A DNA stretch of 64,000 nucleotides from Candidatus Ozemobacteraceae bacterium. GTDB taxonomy: Bacteria > Muiribacteriota > Ozemobacteria > Ozemobacterales > Ozemobacteraceae. The DNA lies in assembly GCA_965140445.1 (NCBI GenBank), contig OZ223236.1, positions 4,256,001 through 4,320,000 of the forward strand, written 5' to 3'. The stretch's first letter is position 1. Each line of letters starts with the position of its first letter. Both the position numbers and the translations under genes were made by a program. Shown in pieces: positions 10,669 to 21,323 of this stretch. The notes below the pieces were generated by a model. That model worked only from the letters and a program-made list of their open reading frames with translations. It made no database searches and was not told the origin of the DNA.

Positions 10669-12297
10669 GTGGATCGGAAAATTTTAGTAAATATAGGACC
10701 ATATGAATCACGTGCGGCAGTAGTTGAAAGAGGCCAGCTTGTTGAACTGATGTTTGAAATTCCAGACTCAGAAAAAATTGTCGGGTGCATCTACAAAGGA
10801 AGGGTTTCCAATGTAGTTCCAGGAACCCAGGCTGCCTTTGTTGACATAGGAATTCACAAGGACGCTTATCTCACCCTCACAGGTGTGGAAAACGTCAGCG
10901 ACGGAGAAATTGTAAAAGACATCTATAAAAGTCCAATTCAAGATATTCTCAAAGTTGGGCAGGATGTAGTATTGCAGATACTTAAAGAACCCACACCAAC
11001 CAAAGGGCCACGTTCAACGATGACCATTTCCTTTCCGGGAAGGTATCTAGTTTTCATGCCTCAGGTTGATCATATAGGTGTTTCCAGAAGAATTTCGCAG
11101 GATAAAGAGCGTGATAGACTGCGCAGTATCGGAAAAAAACTTCTTCCAAAAGGAAGCGGTCTAATTTTCAGAACCGCCTCTGAAGGTCTTGAAGAAAATG
11201 TATTAGAAGCCGATCTGAGATTTTTGATTAACATGTGGAATAAGGTTCAGAAGAAATCTGAGAAAGCTCCTCCTAGAACAATGCTTCATCGCGACATATC
11301 TCTCCCAATGAAAATTGCCAGAGACTATTTTAAAGATGATGTTGAAGAAATGATCGTTGATTCAGAAGATGCTTATAATGCGATCCTGGAAGATTGTGAT
11401 TTTCTTTCTCCTATGCAGAGAGCTTCATTAGAGCTTTATAAAGATAAGACACCGATTTTTGAGAAATATTGCATTAATAAAGAAATTGAACGTGCTTTGT
11501 CTCGAAAAATCTGGCTAAATTCAGGCGGATACATCTACATAGATAAAACAGAAGCTATGTATTGTATAGACATTAACTCTGGCAGATTTTCAGGTGGCTC
11601 AGATCTGGAAGAAACTGTATTCAAAGTAAATATGGAAGCCGCACGAGAAGTTGCACGACAGATCAGACTACGCAACCTGGCAGGCATGATTATTATAGAC
11701 TTCATTGATATGGAATCTAACAAACATAGAGCCCAAGTTCTAAGAGCATTTAAAGATGGCTTTAGAGGAGACCGCGCAAAACCTCACATTCTTGATTTCT
11801 CAGACCTTGGACTAGTTCAAATGACACGTCGAAGAACTTCCGCCAGCCTTGAGGAAATACGTAAAGAAGCTTGCCCTTGCTGTCATGGTGCAGGAAAAGT
11901 TCTATCCATCCAAACCCTTGGAAATCGGCTTAGAACTCAGGTGTTAGATGAAGCCAGACGTTATGATTGCAGGAAGATTTCAATTTCAGCCCACAAAACT
12001 CTTATTGATTTTATAAGGGGACAGAATAACCAAAACCTTAAGGAACTTGAAAAAGCCTGTAGAAAGCAACTGGTTTTAAAATCCCTGACTGGCTTAGATC
12101 TTGAAACTTTTAAGGTAGAGCCAATTCTGGAAAAACCCCAGAGTTCAAAAAGTGACAAAGCTCAAAACCCAAATTCTGAAGTTTCCAAGAATTCAAAGGA
12201 AGACAAGCCAAACAACTCCAAAGAAGAAAAATCTCTTAGTAGCAACGATGCTAAAGATCAACCCAAAGGAAAAAAGGATGAACCTCAAAGCAAGTAA
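10669..12297 (+). CDS. rng: Ribonuclease G/E family
   Basis: IYKGRVSNVVPGTQAAFVDIG (S1), IDINSG, EVARQIRLRNLAGMIIIDFIDM, CPCCHG; lacks a long RNase E scaffold. Confidence 0.9.
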   Translation: MDRKILVNIGPYESRAAVVERGQLVELMFEIPDSEKIVGCIYKGRVSNVVPGTQAAFVDIGIHKDAYLTLTGVENVSDGEIVKDIYKSPIQDILKVGQDVVLQILKEPTPTKGPRSTMTISFPGRYLVFMPQVDHIGVSRRISQDKERDRLRSIGKKLLPKGSGLIFRTASEGLEENVLEADLRFLINMWNKVQKKSEKAPPRTMLHRDISLPMKIARDYFKDDVEEMIVDSEDAYNAILEDCDFLSPMQRASLELYKDKTPIFEKYCINKEIERALSRKIWLNSGGYIYIDKTEAMYCIDINSGRFSGGSDLEETVFKVNMEAAREVARQIRLRNLAGMIIIDFIDMESNKHRAQVLRAFKDGFRGDRAKPHILDFSDLGLVQMTRRRTSASLEEIRKEACPCCHGAGKVLSIQTLGNRLRTQVLDEARRYDCRKISISAHKTLIDFIRGQNNQNLKELEKACRKQLVLKSLTGLDLETFKVEPILEKPQSSKSDKAQNPNSEVSKNSKEDKPNNSKEEKSLSSNDAKDQPKGKKDEPQSK

Positions 12298-13012
12298 TTT
12301 CCGTAATTGCCTCAAAATATCAGTAATTTCTCTATTTCTGATCTTTTCTGGCATTCAATCATTACGAGCTGTTGAAGTTAAATACTCATTCAAAACAGGT
12401 TTCACTTATTCGTATGAGTATGTTTCCAAGCATTCCACTGAATTTAAAGCTTTCCAGATATCCGGGAAAAAAGATTCGGACAAGTTCTCTCAGGAATTCG
12501 AAATAAAAATTCTCAGCTTTGACAATAATGCCTACGTAGCTGATATTATTTCAAATGGCCATTCTATAAGGCGCTATATTTCCCCAACCGGAAAATTGGT
12601 TGGCGCACCAACAGAAACAGGACAAAAAATCCCTTTCCTTCTTACATTCCCTACAGGTGACTGGAAGGTGGGTACAACCAAAAAAACTTCGAAAAACCTG
12701 AAAATAGGCAACAAGACCTTCCAGATGAATTGGCTTTTAAAGTTAAAAGATTATTCTGATGAAACAAATCTCGCTGAAATCGTTTTTTCAGGATTACTAG
12801 ACTTTCCTGAAGACAGGATCAAACAGAAAAACTTTGATTACAAGGGTAAGATCAAGTTTGATCTGACCAATGGATGCATAAACCAGGCAGACTGGCTTAT
12901 CACTTATCAATTTTCCTTCCTCAACAAGGAACTTGCTGTAATAAGACCTATGTGGGAATTCGCAGAAACCCACAGATATTCATTGAAATTAAAAGGCGTA
13001 AGGGAGAACTGA
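12278..13012 (+). CDS. Hypothetical exported protein
   Basis: Start at MNLKAS with AAAGGA upstream; signal peptide ending SLRA. Confidence 0.65.
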   Translation: MNLKASNFRNCLKISVISLFLIFSGIQSLRAVEVKYSFKTGFTYSYEYVSKHSTEFKAFQISGKKDSDKFSQEFEIKILSFDNNAYVADIISNGHSIRRYISPTGKLVGAPTETGQKIPFLLTFPTGDWKVGTTKKTSKNLKIGNKTFQMNWLLKLKDYSDETNLAEIVFSGLLDFPEDRIKQKNFDYKGKIKFDLTNGCINQADWLITYQFSFLNKELAVIRPMWEFAETHRYSLKLKGVREN

Positions 13013-13013
13013 C

Positions 13014-13886
13014 ATGAAACGATTTCTCTTTTGTTTTGCCCTGATAACCTTCGTATTTTCAAGTTCTCAACTCAGCGCGCGCGACTTTAATATTTCATCT
13101 CCAATAAAATTATGGCTCCTAACCAATGAGGCAAAGGCGATCTCTTCTTTAAATGCCGACAGGAACTTGATAAGTCAGATTTCAAGCCCCTTTTCTTCAG
13201 TGCCATTTTATAATGAAAATGGCTTGAAAGCCGAAGAACAGCTTTGGAATGTACACAGAAAAATCTACAAACTTTTATCTGAAGTTGAAGATGTCTATTC
13301 GCTTGCAAAGCGTTACGGAGACGGTCATTTTTCTGTTTTATTGAAACGAGCAAGGCCAGAAATATGGATTCTGATTCCATTGCATCAGCTCAGAGTTGGC
13401 ATATTAGATACTCTGCCGGGAGAATTGAGAAAAGCTTTTCATTCGACTTTGCTGGAATGCCTGCAGCTCAATGAAAACAGGGACACGAATCTTTCAGAGA
13501 GACTTTCCCGGGCACAACGCCTGTTAAAAGACGATGAAATGAGGCTTATGGATTCATATCTAGACAACTTTTCTGCTCTTTATCCCGCAAACGGCGCACC
13601 AAAATTATTTAGAGCGTTCATCAAATCTGGAACAAAACAGCAATTTGCACGCAGAATAAAAGAGATTTTCAAACCGGTGGTAGTAACAATTCCGGTAGCA
13701 GAAGCATCAAAAGAGGAACCCAGTTTACCGATTGAACCAGATGATCCACTTGCGGAGCTTGAAAAGCTTGCAGAAATGACTCCTACAGGAGAATTTAAAG
13801 ACTCTGATTCTGCAAATAATGCGAGCGAAACGTTTTTAGAAGAGCCTGATCAAGCAGCTGTAGATATGTTTAATATCTGGGATTAG
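13014..13886 (+). CDS. Hypothetical exported protein
   Basis: Signal peptide MKRFLFCF...LSA; acidic C-terminus; 1-bp gap to the previous gene. Confidence 0.7.
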   Translation: MKRFLFCFALITFVFSSSQLSARDFNISSPIKLWLLTNEAKAISSLNADRNLISQISSPFSSVPFYNENGLKAEEQLWNVHRKIYKLLSEVEDVYSLAKRYGDGHFSVLLKRARPEIWILIPLHQLRVGILDTLPGELRKAFHSTLLECLQLNENRDTNLSERLSRAQRLLKDDEMRLMDSYLDNFSALYPANGAPKLFRAFIKSGTKQQFARRIKEIFKPVVVTIPVAEASKEEPSLPIEPDDPLAELEKLAEMTPTGEFKDSDSANNASETFLEEPDQAAVDMFNIWD

Positions 13887-13894
13887 TTTAATTA

Positions 13895-14794
13895 ATGCAA
13901 CAATCTGTTACCGCCTTTTTTCAGTCATTGAGTTGGCAATACCTGGCTATTTTGGCAACTTTCGTTTATGGCGTCATGAATTTTTTATACAAGGTTGCCG
14001 CTGAATACAAGTGCTCAAGCTTTCACATAATGAGCTTTAGCGGCTTAAGTGTATCAATTCTTTCATTTATTGTTATTTTTTTTACAAAATCCCCTTTTAG
14101 TTCTCTCCATCTGATTCTACTTTTTGCCTGCGTAAATGCCTTTTTCTTTGCTGCTGGCTCAATATGCAAAATAGAGGCTCTGAGGAATATCCCGGCAAAC
14201 ATTTCTTTTCCCGTTATAAAGTTAAATGTAGTATTAACTATCATTATTGCCGTGTTGTTTTTTTCTGAGCGCCCTAACTTCAATCAAATCGTCGGAATTT
14301 GTTCCGGAATAGGTGTAATTCTAATTCTAGCAGCTGAAAAATGGAAAGTTCCGGGCCAATCAATTTCATTTCGTAAAGGTATTTTGTTCTCGGTTTCAGC
14401 AGCCTTTTGTTCTGCGATTTCCATGACAGTTGGCAAAGTAGTTTCAACAACCGTGCCCAAGTTAAATTACATTTTTATTTCTTACACCCTGGTTGCAATT
14501 TACTCGTATCTGGCCTCAACTCAAAAAAAAGCAGTGGTTAAGGGTTCTTCGTCTCTTAACTACAAAACTGTTGGCTTTGGCGTAGTTATTGGTTCAATGA
14601 ATTTTCTTGGCTACTTTCTTGTATTGTCAGCCTTTTCCAAAGGCCCAATGTCGTCAATTCAACCAATTTTTGCTATGTCAGTGGTTATTCCAATTATTAT
14701 GTCCAGAATTTTTTATGGGGAAAAATTAAATCTTCATCGAGTTCTAGCCTTGTTTTTATCAATAATTTCTATCATTCTTATTTCAAAAAAATAG
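13895..14794 (+). CDS. EamA/DMT family transporter
   Basis: About 10 TM segments in two repeats; F.ER and FYGEKL motifs. Confidence 0.85.
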   Translation: MQQSVTAFFQSLSWQYLAILATFVYGVMNFLYKVAAEYKCSSFHIMSFSGLSVSILSFIVIFFTKSPFSSLHLILLFACVNAFFFAAGSICKIEALRNIPANISFPVIKLNVVLTIIIAVLFFSERPNFNQIVGICSGIGVILILAAEKWKVPGQSISFRKGILFSVSAAFCSAISMTVGKVVSTTVPKLNYIFISYTLVAIYSYLASTQKKAVVKGSSSLNYKTVGFGVVIGSMNFLGYFLVLSAFSKGPMSSIQPIFAMSVVIPIIMSRIFYGEKLNLHRVLALFLSIISIILISKK

Positions 14795-14815
14795 AAAAAA
14801 GATACAATTGGCCAG

Positions 14816-14847
14816 AAAAAAAACGCCACGTAAGTGGCGTTTTTTTT
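14816..14847. terminator. Bidirectional intrinsic terminator
   Basis: A8-CGCCAC-gtaa-GTGGCG-T8 perfect hairpin between convergent genes. Confidence 0.85.
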
Positions 14848-15913
14848 AAGAATAATAATCCTTCAGTTTTGGCGGTGAACTAGCTCTAAGCTTTTTCAGG
14901 GCCTTTTCTTCAACCTGTCTGATTCTTTCTCGGGTCACACCAAGAATTCGGCCTATTTCTTCCAGTGATCTTGGAATACCGTCATCTAAACCAAATCTAA
15001 GTTTAACCACCATTATTTCCCTGTCGGTCAAGGCAACCATTACTTTTTCGATCTGCTCTCTAAGCAAAGAATCGATAACAGCTTCTTCCGGACTAACAGC
15101 ATCATCGTTTGAAATGTAATTTTCCAGTGAAGTATCTTCCTTGTTACCAACTGTAACTTCAAGTGATACAGGTTCTTGAGTCAATCTGACAACTTCTTCA
15201 ATTCTATCAACTGGAATATCAACTCTCATGGAAAGCTCTTCCATGGATGGTTCTCTTCCAACTTCCTGAACGAAAAGACGCAGATGCTTTCGGACCTTAT
15301 TAACAATTTCCATGATATGAACAGGAATTCTAATAACTCTTGACTGCTCTGCTAATGCTCTTGTTATAGCCTGTCTGATCCACCATGTAGAATAGGTAGA
15401 AAACTTGTATCCCATGGTGTAATCAAACTTTTCAATAGATCTTAAAAGACCAAGATTGCCTTCCTGAATCAAATCAAGGAAAAGTAATCCACGATTGGTA
15501 TACTTCTTTGCAATACTTACAACTAATCTTAAGTTGGCAGTAATAAGAGCTTCTCTTGCTTCCTGGTCACCTTCAAGAATTCTTTTTGCAAAATCTTTTT
15601 CCTGATCATGAGTTGCAAGGGAAAGCTTGGTTAGCTGCTGAAGATAGAGCTTTACAGAATCATCAAAAATAGACTCCTGTTTTCTCTTTTCTCTTTGATC
15701 CTGAGAATCAACAACATCTTCGTCAGAGGATTTTTTATATGCTGAAGCAATTTTTATCCCCTCTTTTTCTTGAGCTTCTTTTACTTCAAGCTCTTTTGAT
15801 TCAGGGGTTTCAACGACTTTTACTTCTTTCTTTTTTGATGCTTTTGTACGAATTGTTTTCGTTTTAGCTTGTGTTTTTGCCTTGCCAGAAGCATTGTTGT
15901 CTTTTTTAGGCAT
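14846..15913 (-). CDS. RpoD/SigA-family sigma-70 factor (group 1 or group 2)
   Basis: [50 protein letters not shown]; charged low-complexity N-terminus in place of a recognisable region 1.1. Confidence 0.9.
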   Translation of the reverse strand: MPKKDNNASGKAKTQAKTKTIRTKASKKKEVKVVETPESKELEVKEAQEKEGIKIASAYKKSSDEDVVDSQDQREKRKQESIFDDSVKLYLQQLTKLSLATHDQEKDFAKRILEGDQEAREALITANLRLVVSIAKKYTNRGLLFLDLIQEGNLGLLRSIEKFDYTMGYKFSTYSTWWIRQAITRALAEQSRVIRIPVHIMEIVNKVRKHLRLFVQEVGREPSMEELSMRVDIPVDRIEEVVRLTQEPVSLEVTVGNKEDTSLENYISNDDAVSPEEAVIDSLLREQIEKVMVALTDREIMVVKLRFGLDDGIPRSLEEIGRILGVTRERIRQVEEKALKKLRASSPPKLKDYYS

Positions 15914-16883
15914 TTTCCAGCTCCTCTTCGCAGCTGAACTCTCCCATGGCTCGAAACTTCTGATATCTTTTTTCGATCAGCTCTTCGGGGTCCATCTTAA
16001 GCAATTCTGGAAGATGTTCTTCAATCTTTTCCTTAATCAATTCAGCGGCCTTTTGATGATTTCTATGAGCTCCACCCAGGGGCTCGGATATAACTTCGTC
16101 AATTATACCAGCTTCCAGATGATTATGTGCAAGAACTTTTAATGCTTCTGCAGCATCTTTTGCCTTAGTCGCGTCTTTCCACAATATTGCTGCACAACCT
16201 TCTGCTGTAATAACCGAATAAATACTATATTCAAACATCAAAATTTTATCGCCAATTCCTAATGCCAAAGCTCCACCGCTGCCGCCTTCTCCTATAACAA
16301 AGCATAAGATTGGGACACGGACTCTGGACATCTCTGCAAGATTTCTTGCAATGGCTTCACTCTGTCCACGTTCTTCAGCTCCTAAACCAGGAAATGCACC
16401 AGGAGTATCAATAAGAACCAGGATTGGCTTATTAAAATTCTCAGCCATTTTCATCATTCTGAGAGCTTTTCTGTAGCCTTCAGGATGCGGCATACCAAAG
16501 TTTCTGTAAATATTCTCTTCAGTATCGTGACCTTTTTGTTGGCCAATAATCATCATTGATCGGCCATTAACATTTCCAAATCCTGAAACAATTGCCGAAT
16601 CATCGCCAAAAAGCCTGTCTCCGTGAAGTTCAAAAAAATCATCACCACACAGGTGTTTTATATAGTCCAGGGTTGATGGTCTATCGATATGACGCGCAAC
16701 TTTGGTAATTTGCCAGGAATCCAGATCACCATAGACCTCTTCTTTTAGAGTGTTGATTTTTCCAGCAATAGCCTGAATTTCTTTTGTTAAGTCAAGCTTT
16801 CCGCTCTCTGAGATCAACTGTAGCTCTTTTAATCTAGTTTCAAGCTCAATTATTGGTTGTTCAAAATCAAAATCTCTGGACAT
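15906..16883 (-). CDS. accA: Acetyl-CoA carboxylase carboxyltransferase alpha
   Basis: [51 protein letters not shown]. Confidence 0.96.
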   Translation of the reverse strand: MSRDFDFEQPIIELETRLKELQLISESGKLDLTKEIQAIAGKINTLKEEVYGDLDSWQITKVARHIDRPSTLDYIKHLCGDDFFELHGDRLFGDDSAIVSGFGNVNGRSMMIIGQQKGHDTEENIYRNFGMPHPEGYRKALRMMKMAENFNKPILVLIDTPGAFPGLGAEERGQSEAIARNLAEMSRVRVPILCFVIGEGGSGGALALGIGDKILMFEYSIYSVITAEGCAAILWKDATKAKDAAEALKVLAHNHLEAGIIDEVISEPLGGAHRNHQKAAELIKEKIEEHLPELLKMDPEELIEKRYQKFRAMGEFSCEEELENA

Positions 16884-16895
16884 CTTTACTCCGGA

Positions 16896-17720
16896 TTATT
16901 CGGTTATAAGTCTCAATAGTCTTGCAATTGATGACTTGAGTATTCTTCTATGAATTACGGCATCTATCATACCATGCTCAAGAAGAAATTCGGCTCTCTG
17001 GAAACCTTCTGGTAATTTTTGCTTTATTGTCTGCTCAATAACCCTGGGTCCGGCGAAACCGATTAAAGCACCTGGTTCAGCAATGTTTACATCACCAAGA
17101 CTTGCAAAACTCGCAGAAACCCCACCTGTTGTAGGATCGGTCATTAAAGAAATAAAGGGCACAGACGCTTCGGATAATTTTTTTGCTGCCGCTGAGGTTT
17201 TAGCCATCTGCATCAAGGAGAATATTCCTTCCTGCATTCTTGCTCCGCCACTCGCAGAAACAATTATCACTGGAGTTTTTTCTTTTGCTCCAATTTCAAA
17301 TAATCTGGTAACTTTTTCGCCAACTACTGAGCCCATGCTTCCACCCATGAATTCGAAATTCATAACTCCGAGCAAAATCTGAAGGCCTTCGATTTTCCCA
17401 CGACCAGTTGTAATGGCCTCAAGAACGTCAGTTTTAGCGACAGCGTCTCTAATTCTATCTTCATATGCCTTTGAATCATTAAAGTTCAAAGGATTTGCCG
17501 ACCTGATATTCCCATCCAGTTCTATGAAAGAATTATCGTCAGTTAACAGAGCAACCCTATCCCATAATGGCATCCTTAGATGCTGGTCGCATTTGTTGCA
17601 AAGATAAAGGTTTTTTGCGAGTTCTTTAATTAAAAGTAACTCGCCGCACCTGGTACATTTCTTCCAAAGGTCTGAAGGAATGTCTTTCTTGGGTCTGGTA
17701 AGCTTGTCAAACCATCCCAT
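16896..17720 (-). CDS. accD: Acetyl-CoA carboxylase carboxyltransferase beta
   Basis: C4 zinc finger, FMGGSMGSVVGEK, SGGARMQEG, PTTGGVSAS, FAGPRVIEQT. Confidence 0.96.
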   Translation of the reverse strand: MGWFDKLTRPKKDIPSDLWKKCTRCGELLLIKELAKNLYLCNKCDQHLRMPLWDRVALLTDDNSFIELDGNIRSANPLNFNDSKAYEDRIRDAVAKTDVLEAITTGRGKIEGLQILLGVMNFEFMGGSMGSVVGEKVTRLFEIGAKEKTPVIIVSASGGARMQEGIFSLMQMAKTSAAAKKLSEASVPFISLMTDPTTGGVSASFASLGDVNIAEPGALIGFAGPRVIEQTIKQKLPEGFQRAEFLLEHGMIDAVIHRRILKSSIARLLRLITE

Positions 17721-17865
17721 TGCTTACCGCCTTTCAATGCATAATTTAGGCTTTTTCATAAACTCTGGTTATACCAGATTTGTTTTTCCATTTCAAGGGC
17801 AATTAAAGAATACAGCAAGATATTTGATTTTTTTTTCATTTTTCTTTCAAATATTCTAAAAAAAC

Positions 17866-17901
17866 AAAAGCGGAACAACATAAATTGTTGTCCCGCTTTT
17901 T
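17866..17901 (-). terminator. Intrinsic terminator downstream of the diheme lipoprotein gene
   Basis: AAAAGCGGAACAACA-taaat-TGTTGTCCCGCTTTT hairpin. Confidence 0.7.
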
Positions 17902-17923
17902 ATTTTAGGAGGTTACATTTATT

Positions 17924-18958
17924 CTAGTTTTTATCGGTTTTAAACGAATATTTTTTTGATAGATGCTTAACGCCGCCAGCATCTGTAGCTTCAAATTGCA
18001 CACTATATTCCCTGTCTGCCTGGAGAGTTTTATACTCATTGCTGACAGAAGTTTGCGGTGAGAATGTTAAGTTTTCAGTGTCAATTCTTGTTCCGTCTTT
18101 ATTAAATACATACATATCAATATCAGATGGAGTTTGAACATTAAGACTAAATTTAACTGAATAAGGTCCTGATGTTTTTACCAAAACATTTGAAAAGAAT
18201 GTTTCAACAACTTCTGTTGAGGTATCTGTTCCGGTAGAAGTTATGGTTGGTGTTTGAACTTTTGCAGTTGTGGTAAAGGAAAGAACGCCAAATGAAGAAG
18301 AAGTTGTTTTGTTGCCACTTTTGTCGGTACAAACAAGTTCGTAGGTATACTGCTTTTCAGCCTGCAATCCAGTTACGTCATAGCGATGGGATTTGCTGTA
18401 TGCTGTGCTAACCGGGAACTCAAGGCGATCCCCTTCGATGGTTCTTAAAATTAATCTGGTAAGACAAAGTTCATCAGTATTCCATGAAATTGAAACGGTG
18501 CTATCAGTTGGATTATTAACCACACCGCTTATTATAGGAGGAATATTGTCAGCAAATCCAGGTAATCCATTTGCTCCATGACATAGATAACACATACTTG
18601 AGTTAGTATAGTTATGATCTGGAATTCTTGATGTATCGTTGTGACAGGTTAAGCAAGATGCCTGCTGCCAACCAGGATGCATGTTGTCCAATAAAGGAGC
18701 GTCTGTATGCCCATCAATACTTCCGCTACCATCTGTTGGAGTTGAAATAATCGGACTGTCAATTTGTCCAACATCCTGAACGGTACCAGTTGTAGGAGTT
18801 CCTGTGTTTGAACCGGTTGGCATATAAGCGCCAAGTGGGTTTACCTGAGAACCGGAACTTGAAGTGCTGGATGAACAGCCCGCTGAAAAGAAGGCGATCG
18901 CACCAATGAGTAGAAATAACAGCCATGAATGCTGTCTAAAGTTTCTGTAGGACTTCAT
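17924..18958 (-). CDS. Lipoprotein with two CxxCH heme-binding motifs and fibronectin type III-like domain(s)
   Basis: GGAGG RBS before MKSYR; lipobox FSAGC; S/T/G linker; CLTCH and CYLCH; TVSISWNTDE...H.YDVTGL..EKQYTYE (Fn3-like). Confidence 0.75.
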   Translation of the reverse strand: MKSYRNFRQHSWLLFLLIGAIAFFSAGCSSSTSSSGSQVNPLGAYMPTGSNTGTPTTGTVQDVGQIDSPIISTPTDGSGSIDGHTDAPLLDNMHPGWQQASCLTCHNDTSRIPDHNYTNSSMCYLCHGANGLPGFADNIPPIISGVVNNPTDSTVSISWNTDELCLTRLILRTIEGDRLEFPVSTAYSKSHRYDVTGLQAEKQYTYELVCTDKSGNKTTSSSFGVLSFTTTAKVQTPTITSTGTDTSTEVVETFFSNVLVKTSGPYSVKFSLNVQTPSDIDMYVFNKDGTRIDTENLTFSPQTSVSNEYKTLQADREYSVQFEATDAGGVKHLSKKYSFKTDKN

Positions 18959-19150
18959 AGTAAATTTGTAACCTCCATAATTGCTACTTTTTATAGCTCT
19001 AGGGTGTATCGGCATTTACCATTTTGGTGCTTAACAAATAATAAGAAAAAAGATTTTAAATTTTTTCTCATTTTTTATTCAAGAAAATACAAAAGCTGTC
19101 GAAAAGGTTTTAGATTTTATTAGTTACAAAAAAAAACAAATGGGAATAAA

Positions 19151-19756
19151 ATGAAACTTATCAAAGAATCTTTGCTATGGCTTACAACATCGCTCTTTTC
19201 AGCCATCTCCTACGTCCTGATGTATCCTTTTTTTGTCATAAAAAACCTTGGATACCACCTGCGATCCCCTTCTGTGTTGCTTTATGCTCTACTTTTCTTT
19301 GTCCTGGATCGTTTGACAAAGCTAATGGTTTTAAACCATTCCCATGAATTACCAATTAAAGTTATAGATAAATTTTTTACGCTCACATATGTCAAAAATC
19401 CTGGAGTCGCTTTTGGCTGGTTCCCTGATTGGAAATTGCCACCAATTTTGATGGCAGTAACCATGATCGTAATAATTGCATACTATAGTTTTAAACTTCC
19501 GGAAGAAGAAAAATTGACGCGATGGTCCCTGGCCTTACTGGTAGGTGGAGCAATCGGTAATCTCTATGACAGAATTGCCTATGGATTTGTAGTAGATTTC
19601 TTTCTTTTCCATTTTGGAAGCATTGATTTTCCAGTTTTTAATGTGGCAGACATTGCGATTGATTTTGGCGTATTTATGCTGTTTATTGATATTTTCTTTC
19701 TTAGCCCAGATGAAGAAGAAGAAAGTGATACCCCTCTGGCAGCTTCAGCTGCTTAG
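19151..19756 (+). CDS. lspA: Lipoprotein signal peptidase II
   Basis: LD..TK, NPGVAFG, GGAIGNLYDR, VVDFF, FNVAD. Confidence 0.93.
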   Translation: MKLIKESLLWLTTSLFSAISYVLMYPFFVIKNLGYHLRSPSVLLYALLFFVLDRLTKLMVLNHSHELPIKVIDKFFTLTYVKNPGVAFGWFPDWKLPPILMAVTMIVIIAYYSFKLPEEEKLTRWSLALLVGGAIGNLYDRIAYGFVVDFFLFHFGSIDFPVFNVADIAIDFGVFMLFIDIFFLSPDEEEESDTPLAASAA

Positions 19757-19761
19757 ATAAA

Positions 19762-20550
19762 ATGTATCCAATACTGTTATCAACACCATATTTCAATGTC
19801 TATTCCTATGGGCTTTTAATAGCTCTTGGCTATAGCCTTGGCACCTTCTGGATACTAAAAGAAGCAAAAAAAGACAGCCTCTCTGTAGAGGCTGTTTTTG
19901 ACATGATGCTGCTAATGCTTATTGCAGGCATCAGTGGCTCCAGACTTCTTTATCTAATAGAATATTCCCCGCAAAAACTGAATCCGGTCAATTTCTTTGC
20001 TTTTGAACAGGGCGGCCTGACCTTTTATGGGGCAGTATTGGGCGGGATTATTTCTAATCTTCTCTTTCTCAAACTAAAAAAGATTTCTTTCTGGCGAGTT
20101 ATGGATTGTGTGGGTTTCGGGCTACCACTAGGAATAGCTCTGGCGAGAACAGGATGCTTTTTAAACGGCTGTTGCTACGGATTAAAATGCTCAATGCCCT
20201 GGGGAGTAGTATTCCCGTTAGTATCTCCAGATGCTGTTCACCCTACTCAACTTTATGAATCCCTAAGCGGTTTGATCATTTTTCTTTTGCTGCAGAAATT
20301 CAGACATCTGCGACAAAACTATGGTGAAGCCTTTTTAGCCTGCATGGGTCTTTATGCCTTTTTTCGCTTCTTTATAGAATTTTGGCGCGCTGACAATCCA
20401 ATTGTGTTTGCCGGGTTAAAGCTTTCACAACTGATTGCAATAGCAATGATCATATCAGCCTATGCATGCTGGCAAGCAATAAAATCCTACAAAAAATTGC
20501 GCTACCTGCCCCCTACCGGAACAGAAGAAATGGAAAAAACAGGCGAATGA
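19762..20550 (+). CDS. lgt: Prolipoprotein diacylglyceryl transferase (copy 1)
   Basis: MYPIL, YSYG, GSRLLY, GGLTFYGA, RTGCFLNGCCYG, HPTQLYES, RFFIEFWRAD. Confidence 0.9.
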   Translation: MYPILLSTPYFNVYSYGLLIALGYSLGTFWILKEAKKDSLSVEAVFDMMLLMLIAGISGSRLLYLIEYSPQKLNPVNFFAFEQGGLTFYGAVLGGIISNLLFLKLKKISFWRVMDCVGFGLPLGIALARTGCFLNGCCYGLKCSMPWGVVFPLVSPDAVHPTQLYESLSGLIIFLLLQKFRHLRQNYGEAFLACMGLYAFFRFFIEFWRADNPIVFAGLKLSQLIAIAMIISAYACWQAIKSYKKLRYLPPTGTEEMEKTGE

Positions 20551-21320
20551 CTTTTGTAAGTGCTTATCTGCCGTTTTATTCATACGGCGTTCTAATGACC
20601 ATTGCCTTTGTTTTAGGCCTGATTCTGGTAAAAAAAAACCTGAATAAAACTTCCCTTAAAAATCTGGAATTTGTTGATTACGCACTAGTTATTTCAATTT
20701 GCGCTCTTTTCGGCTCAAGATTACTTTATATAGTTTTGTATCCAGACCAATTCAAAAGCCTCAAAGACTACCTTGCAATCTATGAGGGCGGAATGGTTTT
20801 TTTTGGTGGCTTTCTTGCCGCTTTCATAGGTGGAATCGCCTTTGCATATTTTAAAAAGGCTTCTTTAAAAGAATTCCTGGACGCTTGTGCTGCACCACTT
20901 TCAATAGGGCATGCACTAGGAAGAATAGGTTGCCTCATAAATGGATGCTGCTATGGAAAACCAACGAACTGGCCCCAAATTTACCGGCTAAACACTGATC
21001 CGATTAGTTGCTATCGCCATCCGGTACAACTTTACGAATCAATATTTCTTTTGCTGACTTTCTTTGCTCTTAACTACTCATTTAAAAGAACTTACGTTCT
21101 TAAAAAGCAAAAAAAAGGAATGACTGCAGGAATATACCTTTTATCATATAGCATCTTTCGTTTCTTTATTGAGAACGTGCGAGCAGATGACAGAGGAGGC
21201 CTGTTCACCCCCTTTAATCTTTCCATATCTCAGTCAATCAGCGTTGTTCTTTTTGGTCTGGCTGTGTTATGGATAGTATACTGTAACAAGAACTCACAAT
21301 TTTCTTTGGAGAATTCATAA
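20547..21320 (+). CDS. lgt: Prolipoprotein diacylglyceryl transferase (copy 2)
   Basis: ATGA overlap; YSYG, GSRLLY, GGMVFFGG, GRIGCLINGCCYG, HPVQLYES, RFFIENVRAD. Confidence 0.88.
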   Translation: MTFVSAYLPFYSYGVLMTIAFVLGLILVKKNLNKTSLKNLEFVDYALVISICALFGSRLLYIVLYPDQFKSLKDYLAIYEGGMVFFGGFLAAFIGGIAFAYFKKASLKEFLDACAAPLSIGHALGRIGCLINGCCYGKPTNWPQIYRLNTDPISCYRHPVQLYESIFLLLTFFALNYSFKRTYVLKKQKKGMTAGIYLLSYSIFRFFIENVRADDRGGLFTPFNLSISQSISVVLFGLAVLWIVYCNKNSQFSLENS

Positions 21321-21323
21321 AAA

